NCBI GenBank assembly: GCA_963845205.1
Contig: CAWJRC010000002.1
Coordinates: 13,928 to 77,927 of the forward strand
DNA from: an uncultured archaeon
GTDB lineage: Archaea; Nanobdellota; Nanobdellia; Pacearchaeales; GW2011-AR1
DNA: 64,000 bases
Reading direction: 5' to 3'
Shown: one piece after another, positions 9,348 through 18,602 of the stretch
Layout of the letters: the number at the start of each line of letters is the position of its first letter
Position numbering within the stretch: position 1 is the stretch's first letter
Made by a program: the position numbers and the translations under genes
Notes under the pieces: model-generated
Seen by the model: only the letters and a program-made list of their open reading frames with translations
Database searches by the model: none
What the model was told of the DNA's origin: nothing

Positions 9348-9418
9348 AATTCCCATAAAACAGCGAGGTGAAATTAGACATATGAAATCTTTAAAAACTA
9401 ATTTTTGTTTAATAAAAA

Positions 9419-10858
9419 ATGGATTTCAGGAAATTATTCCAATTCATTCCAGAGGTTAAACACCCGGAAGAAAAGAAGTTAAGCTTTAATGTAAAGCTTA
9501 AATGGACATTGATAGTTCTTGCATCTTTTTTTGTTCTAGCAAATATTCCTCTTTTTGGACTGACAAATAATGCTCTTGCAAACTTCCAATATCTTGCAAT
9601 TATAATGGGTACGGATTTTGGAAGTATAATCTCTTTGGGTATTGGACCAATCGTAATGGCTTCGGTAATTCTTCAGCTATTAACCGGAAGCGGAATAATA
9701 AATATTGATACTACAAATCCTGAAGGAAGAAAATTCTTTCAGGGAATTCAAAGACTTTTGACTTTCTTCTTCATAATTTTTGAAGCAATGATTTATGTTT
9801 TAATGCAAGGACTTCAAGCTGCTCCGGGATTAGCACCATTATTAATCTTTCAATTAATATTAGGAGGACTTGCAATTTATTATTTAGATGATTTAATGGG
9901 TAAATGGGGATTTGGTTCAGGAGTAAGTTTATTTATCGGAGCAGGTGCTTCATGGCAGTTAGTAACTAGTCTGTTACAATTTATAGACCAACAAGGGAAA
10001 AATTGTCTTTTAAGTTTTGGAACAACTTCATGTTCCGGAAAAATTTTCGTTCTTATACAATCTCTTATTAACCAATATCCAATAGACTTTATTTCTGCTG
10101 CAGGTGCAATTATTGTAACAATACTTATATTCCTACTTATTGTATGGATTCAAGCCCTTAAAGTTGAAGTTCCGTTATCTTACGGAAGATTGAGAGGATA
10201 TTCTGTAAAATGGCCTTTATCATTTTTTTATACTTCAAATATTCCAGTAATATTAACTGCTGCGCTAATTGTAAGCTTCCAAGTTTTTGCAGGAATTTTT
10301 GATAATGCTGCTGCTCCATGTCTTGTTGCAGGAGGAACCTGTACAGGAATTGCAAAGTTTGCATCATCCTTCGGATGGCTTGGACACTTCTCAAATGGGC
10401 AGGCTACTTCAGGGCTTGCATTCTGGTTTGGTTCAACTAATCTTCTTGAACTTATTATTAGAGGAGGATTTTTACCCAAATACATTCTACAAGGATTTAC
10501 AAATATGCTTACCTATGTTACCCTATCTACAGTATTTGCGGTATTCTGGATGAAGACGTCAAATATGGATGCAAAAGCACAGGCACATAAAATTGCTTCT
10601 TCAGGACTTCAAGTTGCAGGATTCAGGCAGGATGAAAGAGTTTTGGAAAGCATTCTTGACCGGTATATAATGCCTTTGACGGTAATGGGCGGAATTACTA
10701 TAGGACTTTTAGCTTCACTTACAAATCTTATGGGAGCATTAATTTCAGGTACTGCAATGCTATTGATGATTATGATTTTCTTCCAGTTCTATCAAAACAT
10801 TGTTCAGCAGCATCAGGAAGATATGAATCCTGCATTCAGGAAATTTATGAAAACGTAG
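9419..10858 (+). CDS. secY: preprotein translocase subunit SecY
   Basis: 479-aa polytopic protein following uL15. SecY/Sec61alpha patterns (LGIGPIVMASVILQLL, SNIPVILTAALI). Confidence 0.95.
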   Translation: MDFRKLFQFIPEVKHPEEKKLSFNVKLKWTLIVLASFFVLANIPLFGLTNNALANFQYLAIIMGTDFGSIISLGIGPIVMASVILQLLTGSGIINIDTTNPEGRKFFQGIQRLLTFFFIIFEAMIYVLMQGLQAAPGLAPLLIFQLILGGLAIYYLDDLMGKWGFGSGVSLFIGAGASWQLVTSLLQFIDQQGKNCLLSFGTTSCSGKIFVLIQSLINQYPIDFISAAGAIIVTILIFLLIVWIQALKVEVPLSYGRLRGYSVKWPLSFFYTSNIPVILTAALIVSFQVFAGIFDNAAAPCLVAGGTCTGIAKFASSFGWLGHFSNGQATSGLAFWFGSTNLLELIIRGGFLPKYILQGFTNMLTYVTLSTVFAVFWMKTSNMDAKAQAHKIASSGLQVAGFRQDERVLESILDRYIMPLTVMGGITIGLLASLTNLMGALISGTAMLLMIMIFFQFYQNIVQQHQEDMNPAFRKFMKT

Positions 10859-10888
10859 GTTTAAAAATAAAATCTAATTACTTTTAAA

Positions 10889-11473
10889 ATGGATGATCAA
10901 ATAGAAAATAAAGAATCTTCAATTCCTGTAAAGAAAGAAGGCAAACAAGGAAGTTATTTACCTTTTTTTTTGATTACAATTATTTCTCTAATTGTAGCAG
11001 TGTACTGGAATCAAGTTCCTCTTTTAAAAAATGCAGTCCATTACGTTTTGGATCCGACAGCAGGTTGGCTTTTAAGATGGAATGTGACAATTGGAGCATT
11101 GATAATTGTTTTTTTGATAACCCTAATAACAACCTTAATACAAAAATATACAACAGATCAAAAAGCCCTGAAAGAACTGAAAGAAGAACAGAAATTATTG
11201 CAACAGGAAATAAAAAAATTTGAGCATCATCCTGAAAAGATGGCCGAATTGTCAAAGAAACAGCTTGAGTTTATCCCGAAAACATTCAAACTTACAAGCA
11301 GAGCTGTCTTGTTTACAGGAATTCCTTTTATATTATTTTACCGATGGTTTTATGATGCATTCACAGTATTAGGAAATCCGGTTTTATTAGGATTTTTAAG
11401 CTGGGTTTGGTTTTATATAATTTTTATGATAATTTTTAGTGGTATTCTTAGAAAATGGTTGAAGGTTTTTTAG
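10889..11473 (+). CDS. DUF106/EMC3-type membrane protein (archaeal YidC-like insertase candidate)
   Basis: TM segments flank a K/E/Q-rich coiled coil. It occupies the position downstream of secY where archaea usually carry adk plus a DUF106 gene. Confidence 0.55.
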   Translation: MDDQIENKESSIPVKKEGKQGSYLPFFLITIISLIVAVYWNQVPLLKNAVHYVLDPTAGWLLRWNVTIGALIIVFLITLITTLIQKYTTDQKALKELKEEQKLLQQEIKKFEHHPEKMAELSKKQLEFIPKTFKLTSRAVLFTGIPFILFYRWFYDAFTVLGNPVLLGFLSWVWFYIIFMIIFSGILRKWLKVF

Positions 11474-11507
11474 AAAGTTTTAAAAGAAGATTAAAAGTTT
11501 AATTCTT

Positions 11508-11909
11508 ATGGCCGAAAATAATGAGCAAGAATTAATTTACAAATTCAGCATGTTTGAAAGACAGATTAACGAATTACAACAACAGATAAGTGCAGTTGAT
11601 AAGGGGATTATTGATTTGAATTCATTAAACTTTGGTCTTGATGAACTTGTTGGAAGCACGGGGAAAGAGATTTTTGCACCAATGGGAAAAGGAATCTTTG
11701 TAAAAACAAAATTAATTTCCGAAGAATTAAATGTTGATATCGGAGATGGGAATCTTGTAAAAAAAAGCATTCCGGAAACAAAAGAGCTTATTGGAGAACA
11801 GATAGGAAAATTAAACCAAGTAAAAGAAGAATTAGAAAAAAATTTGGATGAGCTAAGCAAAGAGATTACAAAAATGATGGGCGATATTCAACAACTAGAA
11901 CATGAATAG
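11508..11909 (+). CDS. pfdA: prefoldin alpha subunit
   Basis: 133 aa. Coiled coil, beta hairpins (IFAPMGKGIFVKTKL..VDIGDGNLVKKS), then coiled coil. Confidence 0.6.
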   Translation: MAENNEQELIYKFSMFERQINELQQQISAVDKGIIDLNSLNFGLDELVGSTGKEIFAPMGKGIFVKTKLISEELNVDIGDGNLVKKSIPETKELIGEQIGKLNQVKEELEKNLDELSKEITKMMGDIQQLEHE

Positions 11910-11922
11910 AATCCACTTAGAA

Positions 11923-12741
11923 TTAATCTTTACCCATTCTCTTAACAAACTCTTCATATTTCATCAAACCTAACTCTGTAACAATTCCTGAAATATATCT
12001 TTTTTGAACAAATTCAAATGCGGGATTTTCTATTTTAATCTTTTTAGGTGCATTGTTCCAAACTTCGTTCAAACTTCGGTTCTCTATCTGAATTTTTTTT
12101 CGAGTGAATTTCCACGAATCAGCGAGGATATAAACAGGGATATTATTTCTGTAAGCAAGTTCTGAAATTAAACCGCTTCCAATTTTGTTTATTATCCCTT
12201 TTTCAAGCAAAGCATCTGCTCCTAAAAAAATTTTACTTACATAATTTTTGCCTTTACTATTCCCTTTTTCAATTGCAACAGCCATTGCAGAATCAACGAA
12301 CATTGTAACCTTTATTCTTGCTTTTATCAATTCCCTAGCAGTTCTTCTTCCTTGAAATAAGGGACGCGTTTCTGTATTATAAACTTCAAATTTCTTCCCC
12401 TTCTTTTTTGCATAAATCAAAGCATTAGAAACATTTGTTGAATGACAATGTGTAAAAATTATATCCTTATCTTTTATTAATCTAAGAACTTGTTTGTTAA
12501 TTTCATTTTGTGCTAAATCAAAATGTTCTAAAATTTCTTTGTATGGCCTTTTGGTTACTAGTGCTAAAACTCTCTGAAGCATTGGCTCTGTAGGGCGAAG
12601 AGAAACTAATTTTTTAATTGAATCTTTTGTTGGAACAAGAGAATAAGCATAAAGTGCGGCACGCGCAATATTTCTTGCACCTTGAATTTTAATCTGTTTT
12701 ATATCCCGAGCTATTTTATCAAACCTCTTCTTATTACTCAT
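11923..12741 (-). CDS. eIF-2B alpha/beta/delta family protein (ribose-1,5-bisphosphate isomerase-like)
   Basis: IQGARNIARAAL, FTHCHS and GADALLEKGIINKIGS are typical of the IF-2B family. Confidence 0.75.
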   Translation of the reverse strand: MSNKKRFDKIARDIKQIKIQGARNIARAALYAYSLVPTKDSIKKLVSLRPTEPMLQRVLALVTKRPYKEILEHFDLAQNEINKQVLRLIKDKDIIFTHCHSTNVSNALIYAKKKGKKFEVYNTETRPLFQGRRTARELIKARIKVTMFVDSAMAVAIEKGNSKGKNYVSKIFLGADALLEKGIINKIGSGLISELAYRNNIPVYILADSWKFTRKKIQIENRSLNEVWNNAPKKIKIENPAFEFVQKRYISGIVTELGLMKYEEFVKRMGKD

Positions 12742-12762
12742 AATACAAAAAAGACATTAAAG

Positions 12763-12771
12763 TTTAAAAAA
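12763..12771. promoter_or_regulatory. single TATA-like box shared by two divergent leaderless genes
   Basis: TTTAAAAAA is centred ~25-26 nt from both the 12741 (minus) and 12792 (plus) start codons in a 50-bp intergenic region. Confidence 0.45.
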
Positions 12772-12791
12772 TCTCTTTTTCTTTGTATTAA

Positions 12792-13658
12792 GTGTTAGAG
12801 TCATTGATCAATCCAAAAAGAGCGGAAAAAGGACCATGGAAAATGTTTTTCATCGGACTTTTGTATGCTTCGCTTTCAGTTTTACTAGTCTATTTTCTTT
12901 TCAAAGATGATTTAGTTATGTCAAATTTTTCGGGTTTGTTAGTTGTTCTGTTTTGTGTTATGTTTTCTCTTCCCTTTGTTTACTATATGATTAAAAATGG
13001 GGAGGTAGAAGATGAAGAGATAGAAGGTGGATTCCGGGGGGTATGGAAAACCCATAGCGAAACGATTTACGCATTCATGTGGCTATTTTTTGGATTTATA
13101 ATTGCATTTTCATTTTGGTATATAATTTTGCAAAATTCAAATTTATTAAATGCACAGATACAAACATACTGTAGCATAAACAGCCCGGGAAGTATTGCAG
13201 GTTGCGTTAGTGAGTATTCATTTACAAGTCAAGCAATATCAACAAACACCATGGAGAGTAATGGTACAATGTTCTTATCAATCTTAGGAAACAACTTTGG
13301 GGTTATGATATTTACGTTAATATTCTCCTTAATTTTCGGGGCAGGAGCAATTTTTGTTCTGGCATGGAATGCAAGTGTAATTTCTGCAGCAATAGTAATC
13401 TTCACAAAGTACAATTTAAGCGAAATCCCCATAGGACTTGTTAGATATATGATCCACGGATTTCCCGAAATTGCTTCATACTTTATAACCGCGCTGGCAG
13501 GAGGGATGCTTGGAGTCGGAATTATAAGACATGGTATAGGTAGCAAAAAATTCATGAAAGTATTGGGAAATGTAACCGTTCTTATTTTTATTGCTTTGGT
13601 CATCTTGGTTATAGCTGCTTTGATTGAAGTTTTCCTTACCCCCCTCTTATTTCAATAA
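12792..13658 (+). CDS. SpoIIM/DUF95-family membrane protein
   Basis: Polytopic, with NNFGVMIFTLIFSLIFGAGAIFVLAWNASV and a GFPEI motif. The GTG start lies ~25 nt from a TATA-like box, which is leaderless geometry. Confidence 0.6.
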   Translation: MLESLINPKRAEKGPWKMFFIGLLYASLSVLLVYFLFKDDLVMSNFSGLLVVLFCVMFSLPFVYYMIKNGEVEDEEIEGGFRGVWKTHSETIYAFMWLFFGFIIAFSFWYIILQNSNLLNAQIQTYCSINSPGSIAGCVSEYSFTSQAISTNTMESNGTMFLSILGNNFGVMIFTLIFSLIFGAGAIFVLAWNASVISAAIVIFTKYNLSEIPIGLVRYMIHGFPEIASYFITALAGGMLGVGIIRHGIGSKKFMKVLGNVTVLIFIALVILVIAALIEVFLTPLLFQ

Positions 13659-13699
13659 TAAAAATATTTAAATACGATTTTTTGTTACCCCTAGATAAT

Positions 13700-16498
13700 A
13701 TGGAAGTGGAAAATTTAGAAAAGGCGACTTCTGTTTCTGAAAAAGAGATAGAAAAAAGAAAAAAAGACCTTATAAAATTCTTTAAAGAAAAAATTAGCTG
13801 GATAGTTTACGGAATTCTTGCTGTTATTATCTTCATGAGTATTTATATAAGAACTTTAAATATTCCGAAACTTAAAGATATTACAACAGGAACCTGGACC
13901 TTGGGACCAGATTTAGACCCTTTTTTATTCCTAAGATGGGCACAATATATTGCAGAGCATGGAAAATTGTTTATTGTTGATACAATGAGATACGTACCTC
14001 TTGCAAATATTTGTTCTGGGGCTTCATGTATCCCTGTAAATACATCTACAGATATGAAATTACTTTCTTATTTGATAGCATGGTTTTACAAATTTTTAGC
14101 AGTATTTGATCAAAATGTTACGGTTAATTACGCTGCGGTTATTTTTCCTGTTGTAATGGCAGTTTTTACAGGAATTGCTTTTTTTCTTTTTGCAAGGAAA
14201 TTATTTTATAAAGAGGATAAAAAAATAGCAAATATAATCGCGTTAGTTGCGACTGTTTTTTTTGTCCTAACCCCTTCCCTTTTGCCAAGAACAATTGCAG
14301 GAATTCCCGGGAAAGAATCAGTAGCCTTCTTTTTTATATTTATAGGCCTTTATTTTTTCCTTGAATCATTCACATCTGAAAAATTGAAAACGGGAATTAT
14401 ATTTGCCCTTCTTTCGGGAATATCAACAGGACTAGCTGATTTAATATGGGGAGGAGGAGAACTTCTTTTAGTAATGATTGTACCTGCAGTTTTTTTTGCT
14501 TTTTTGCTTGGAAAAATTAATAACAAAAGATTCTGGTTTTTTTCCTGTTGGCTGATTGCAACGTTCGCAACAATGATCCCATTTTCAACCAGATATAGCT
14601 TAGGGGGTTTAATCAATTCAGGTTCTTCAGGAATAATGTTTATTGTATTTTTCATTCTTGCTGTTGATTTTTTAATTTTTAAAAAAGATTTATTTAATAC
14701 AGGAAAAAAATTAAAGAAGATCAAATTGCCTGAACCTTTAATCTCTTTTTCAATCGCTTTAGTCTTAGGAATAATCATTTCTGTGATTATTCTTGGACCT
14801 TCTTTTATTATTAATATTGCAAAAGATATAATCTCCAATACAATCCATCCTATTGGTATTAATAGATTCAACATTACTGTAGCTGAAAATGCAGCTCCAT
14901 ATTTTATAAATGATTGGATAAATAGTTTTGGTCCAGTTATATTCAATATCCCACTATACTTCTGGATGCTTATATTTGGGGCTGTAGCTTTGTTCAGCAA
15001 TCTTATAAGTTCTCTGCATAAAAAAGAAAGAAGATTATTGATTTTAAGTTACTTTATTATGCTGATGGGTTTAGTCTTCAGCAAATATTCTTCTTCAAGC
15101 ATTTTGAATGGAGATAGCGTATTAAGTATTATAGTATATTTTGGGGGGGTTATTATACTCCTTGGAAGTTTTGGCTATGTTTATTATAAAAGAAATAAAA
15201 CTGGAGAATTTTTAATATTTAAAGATTTCAATTTTGCATATCTTCTTTATTTCGTTATGCTGACTATGGCTATTATAACTGCAAGAGGAGCAGTAGACCT
15301 AATACTAGTTTTAGGAGCAGTAAGTCCTGTTGCAGTAGCATTTTTAATTGTAAAAAGTTGTCAGAGATATTTTAAAGAAAAAGAGGATATGATGAAGTTA
15401 TTAATTGGGTTATTTGTTATTATTTTATTAATCGCAGCTATATTTACTTTCTGGTCTTATTATTCTTCTGATAAGAATATGGCAGAAAATTATGCTCCGA
15501 GCGTTTATACAATGCAATGGCAGAAAGCAATGGCATGGGTTAGGACCAATACACCTACTGATGCAGTTTTTGCTCATTGGTGGGATTATGGATATTGGGT
15601 ACAGACAATAGGAGAAAGAGCGACTATATTAGACGGGGGGAATGCAATAGGATATTGGGATTATCTAATGGGAAGGGATGTTCTTACAACCCCCAACGAA
15701 AGTGATGCGTTGGACTTTTTATATGCACATAATGGAACAGATTTATTGATAGATTCAACAGATATTGGGAAATACAGCGCATTTTCAAGCATAGGTTCTG
15801 ATGCAAATTATGATAGATATTCATGGATACCTACTATCTTAAAAGATGATACACAGACTATTGAAAAAAGTAATGAAACAGATTATGTATACCCTGTTGG
15901 AACTATCCTCGACAACGATATAATATTAGATCAAAATGGGCAAGAGGTTCTTCTTCCGCAGATGAAAGCAGCAGTTGCTGCAATAGAAACTAGAGAGAGT
16001 ACAAATGGACAACAACTGCAGCCAATAATTTTTTATGTTTATAACAATCAACAATATCAAATGCCGCTTAGATATGTAGACATAAATAACACCTTAGACG
16101 ATTTCGGTTCAGGAATTGATGCAGGAATCTTTATTTTCCCAAGTGTTAATATTAATTCAAACGGACAGATAACAAATATTGATATGGGGGGGGCAGCGTT
16201 CTATTTAAGCGGAAGAACAATTCATTCTGAACTAGTTAGATTATATCTATTCAATCAGCCTTCAAATTATTTCACATTAGCTCACTCAGAAGGGAGTCTT
16301 ATCAATGAGCAACTAAACGCACAAGGATTAAATTTAGGGGATTTTGTCTATTACACAAATGATGCAGGATTTCAAGGGCCAATTAAAATATGGACCATAA
16401 GCTATCCTCCAGGAATGAAAGTTAATCAAACTTATTTAAGCATAAATTATCCTGATTTAAGCGTTACAATAGCTAAACCAGATGAATATTCTTCTTAA
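13700..16498 (+). CDS. aglB: dolichyl-phosphooligosaccharide-protein glycotransferase AglB (STT3 family)
   Basis: ~930 aa. N-terminal polytopic domain, WWDYGYW catalytic motif, DIGK (DK-type) motif and a soluble C-terminal domain. Confidence 0.9.
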   Translation: MEVENLEKATSVSEKEIEKRKKDLIKFFKEKISWIVYGILAVIIFMSIYIRTLNIPKLKDITTGTWTLGPDLDPFLFLRWAQYIAEHGKLFIVDTMRYVPLANICSGASCIPVNTSTDMKLLSYLIAWFYKFLAVFDQNVTVNYAAVIFPVVMAVFTGIAFFLFARKLFYKEDKKIANIIALVATVFFVLTPSLLPRTIAGIPGKESVAFFFIFIGLYFFLESFTSEKLKTGIIFALLSGISTGLADLIWGGGELLLVMIVPAVFFAFLLGKINNKRFWFFSCWLIATFATMIPFSTRYSLGGLINSGSSGIMFIVFFILAVDFLIFKKDLFNTGKKLKKIKLPEPLISFSIALVLGIIISVIILGPSFIINIAKDIISNTIHPIGINRFNITVAENAAPYFINDWINSFGPVIFNIPLYFWMLIFGAVALFSNLISSLHKKERRLLILSYFIMLMGLVFSKYSSSSILNGDSVLSIIVYFGGVIILLGSFGYVYYKRNKTGEFLIFKDFNFAYLLYFVMLTMAIITARGAVDLILVLGAVSPVAVAFLIVKSCQRYFKEKEDMMKLLIGLFVIILLIAAIFTFWSYYSSDKNMAENYAPSVYTMQWQKAMAWVRTNTPTDAVFAHWWDYGYWVQTIGERATILDGGNAIGYWDYLMGRDVLTTPNESDALDFLYAHNGTDLLIDSTDIGKYSAFSSIGSDANYDRYSWIPTILKDDTQTIEKSNETDYVYPVGTILDNDIILDQNGQEVLLPQMKAAVAAIETRESTNGQQLQPIIFYVYNNQQYQMPLRYVDINNTLDDFGSGIDAGIFIFPSVNINSNGQITNIDMGGAAFYLSGRTIHSELVRLYLFNQPSNYFTLAHSEGSLINEQLNAQGLNLGDFVYYTNDAGFQGPIKIWTISYPPGMKVNQTYLSINYPDLSVTIAKPDEYSS

Positions 16499-16499
16499 G

Positions 16500-17498
16500 A
16501 TGGAATTAAATCTTCTTATTCCGATTTTTCTAGGTTTTTTAATTTCTTTCCTTTCTTTGCCAATATGGATAAAAAGAGCTAAGAATGTAGGTTTAGCAGG
16601 AAAAGATATGCATAAGAAAAGTCAAGAGCATATCGCAGAAGCAGGAGGAATCTGTGTAATTATGGGTTTTATTGTAGGAGTTTTAAGTTATATTGCAATA
16701 AAAACTTTTTATTTTAAGACAAATGATAATATCATTGAAATTTTTTCTATGATAAGTACAATTTTAATAATTTCTTTTATAGGCTTTACAGATGACATTC
16801 TTGGTTGGAAAATTGGGTTGACAAAATCTGTGAGGATTCTTCTTTTAATTTTTGCTTCATTGCCTGTGATTGTAATAAATGCAGGAGAATCTGAAATGAT
16901 AGGAATAAATCTGGGGGTAATATATCCCTTATTAATAATCCCCTTGGGGATTGTAGGTGCGTCTGCAACTTTTAATTTTTTAGCAGGATATAACGGACTT
17001 GAAACAAGCCAGGGAATTATAATATTAGCTGCTCTTTCAATTGTAACTTTCTTTACAGGAAATAGCTGGTTAAGCATGATTGGAGCTATTATGGTTGCAT
17101 GTTTATTTGCATTTTACATATTTAATAAATTCCCTGCAAAAGTTTTTCCTGGGAACATTCTTACTTATTCTATAGGGGCACTAATTGCAATAATAGCCAT
17201 TTTAGGAAATGTTGAAGAAATTGCTGTTTTTTTCTTTATACCCTATTTTCTTGAAACAATCCTTAAAGTAAGAGGCAGACTAAAAAAAGAAAGTTTCGCT
17301 AAAGTAAATGAGGATGGAAGTTTGGAAATGCCTTATGAAAAGATTTATGGACTTGAACACTTATCAATTTGGATTCTTAAGAGAATAAAGCCGAGCAAAA
17401 AAGTATATGAAAAAGATGTTGTATATCTTATTAATGCGTTCCAAATATTAATTGTAGTTATAGGTTTTATAATATTCAGCAAAGGAATATTTGTATGA
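16500..17498 (+). CDS. polyprenyl-phosphate HexNAc-1-phosphate transferase (MraY/WecA/GPT family, AglH-like)
   Basis: FTDDILGWKIG and NFLAGYNGLETSQG motifs; ~10 TM segments. ATG lies 2 nt after the aglB stop. Confidence 0.8.
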   Translation: MELNLLIPIFLGFLISFLSLPIWIKRAKNVGLAGKDMHKKSQEHIAEAGGICVIMGFIVGVLSYIAIKTFYFKTNDNIIEIFSMISTILIISFIGFTDDILGWKIGLTKSVRILLLIFASLPVIVINAGESEMIGINLGVIYPLLIIPLGIVGASATFNFLAGYNGLETSQGIIILAALSIVTFFTGNSWLSMIGAIMVACLFAFYIFNKFPAKVFPGNILTYSIGALIAIIAILGNVEEIAVFFFIPYFLETILKVRGRLKKESFAKVNEDGSLEMPYEKIYGLEHLSIWILKRIKPSKKVYEKDVVYLINAFQILIVVIGFIIFSKGIFV

Positions 17499-17905
17499 TA
17501 CAAAAAAAATTCAGGAAATTTATAATTTTTTGCTTTGTAGGAGGAATTGCAACATTGATAGACTTAGGGGTCTTCAATCTATCAGCAATCATTCTGGGAA
17601 AGGGAGTGGTCCTTCTTCAAATTTCAAGGTTGCTTGGTATAATTGTTTCAATGATGTGGAATTTTGTTATTAATCGGAATTTAACATTTGATGCAAAAAA
17701 TGAAAAGGTCAGAAAACAACTTCCAAAATGGATTACTCTTTATTCTGCAACATCATTAATAAATTTTCTTGTATTCAGCTGGGCTGTTTCTGTAATCGGT
17801 GCTAGTTTCTGGGAAAGAAATATAGCCTTTGTATGCGGATATGTTATAAGTGTCCCCCTAAATTTTGTTGGATCTATGTTCTGGGCTTTCCGAAAGAAAG
17901 ATTAA
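17495..17905 (+). CDS. GtrA-like membrane protein
   Basis: 136 aa, 4 TM. FCFVGGIATLIDLGVFN and WNFVINRNLTF motifs. ATGA overlap with the upstream gene. Confidence 0.75.
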   Translation: MIQKKFRKFIIFCFVGGIATLIDLGVFNLSAIILGKGVVLLQISRLLGIIVSMMWNFVINRNLTFDAKNEKVRKQLPKWITLYSATSLINFLVFSWAVSVIGASFWERNIAFVCGYVISVPLNFVGSMFWAFRKKD

Positions 17906-18602
17906 TAGTTTTAAGATAATATTTTATTATTTTAAAAATAGAGTTTATTCCTCCAAAGAAAGTCAATTTAGAGCCTTCTGAATCTGTCCATTGAATGGGG
18001 TATTCTATTATGGTTTTGGAATTTTTTTTGCATAAATATAAAAAATCAACATCAAAAGCCCAACCTTTTTCTGTGCAATTTTCCGCTAAAAATTTAGCGG
18101 TTTCTTTTTTAAAAAGTTTTGCACCACACTGAGTGTCTTTATATTTAAAACCAAAAAGAATCCTTGTAGTCATATTAAAAATAAAACTTGAAACATTCTG
18201 AGAAAATTTTCTGGAGGGGTATACAACTGCACCTTTTATCTTTCTTGATGCAATTATTCCATCAGCATTCTGTATATTTTTATACAATTTAAAAAAATTC
18301 TCCGAATCTGTACTGTTATCAGCGTCAGCGAATCCTATGAGTTGCCCTTCTGCAAGTTCAAAACCTTTTATAACTGCCCCCCCTTTCCCGACATAAAAGG
18401 AGATATTATGAATAATTATATTTTTTTTATCTTTTGCAAATTTTTCTGCAACATTTAAGGTATTATCACTACAGTTATTCGGAATTATAATTATCTCAAA
18501 ATCTTCTTTTAATTCTTTTTTAAAAAAAGAATAATATTCATTAAGCGTAAGCAATATCCTTTTTTCTTCATTATACGCAGGTATGATTATTGAAAGTTTC
18601 AT
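17874..18602 (-). CDS. GT2 polyprenyl-phosphate hexose synthase (ALG5/DPM1/GtrB-like)
   Basis: IIIPAYNEE, DADNS and DTQCGAKLF followed by WAFDVDFLY. Confidence 0.8.
   Translation of the reverse strand: MKLSIIIPAYNEEKRILLTLNEYYSFFKKELKEDFEIIIIPNNCSDNTLNVAEKFAKDKKNIIIHNISFYVGKGGAVIKGFELAEGQLIGFADADNSTDSENFFKLYKNIQNADGIIASRKIKGAVVYPSRKFSQNVSSFIFNMTTRILFGFKYKDTQCGAKLFKKETAKFLAENCTEKGWAFDVDFLYLCKKNSKTIIEYPIQWTDSEGSKLTFFGGINSIFKIIKYYLKTINLSFGKPRT

Noticed and set aside
10158-10553. Three 78-88 aa ORFs on both strands inside secY.
   Set aside because: They are embedded in a clearly conserved SecY reading frame and have no independent signals.
17491-17673. 60-aa ORF in another frame at the GtrA start.
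   Set aside because: The GtrA frame carries the family motifs and an ATGA coupling to the upstream gene.
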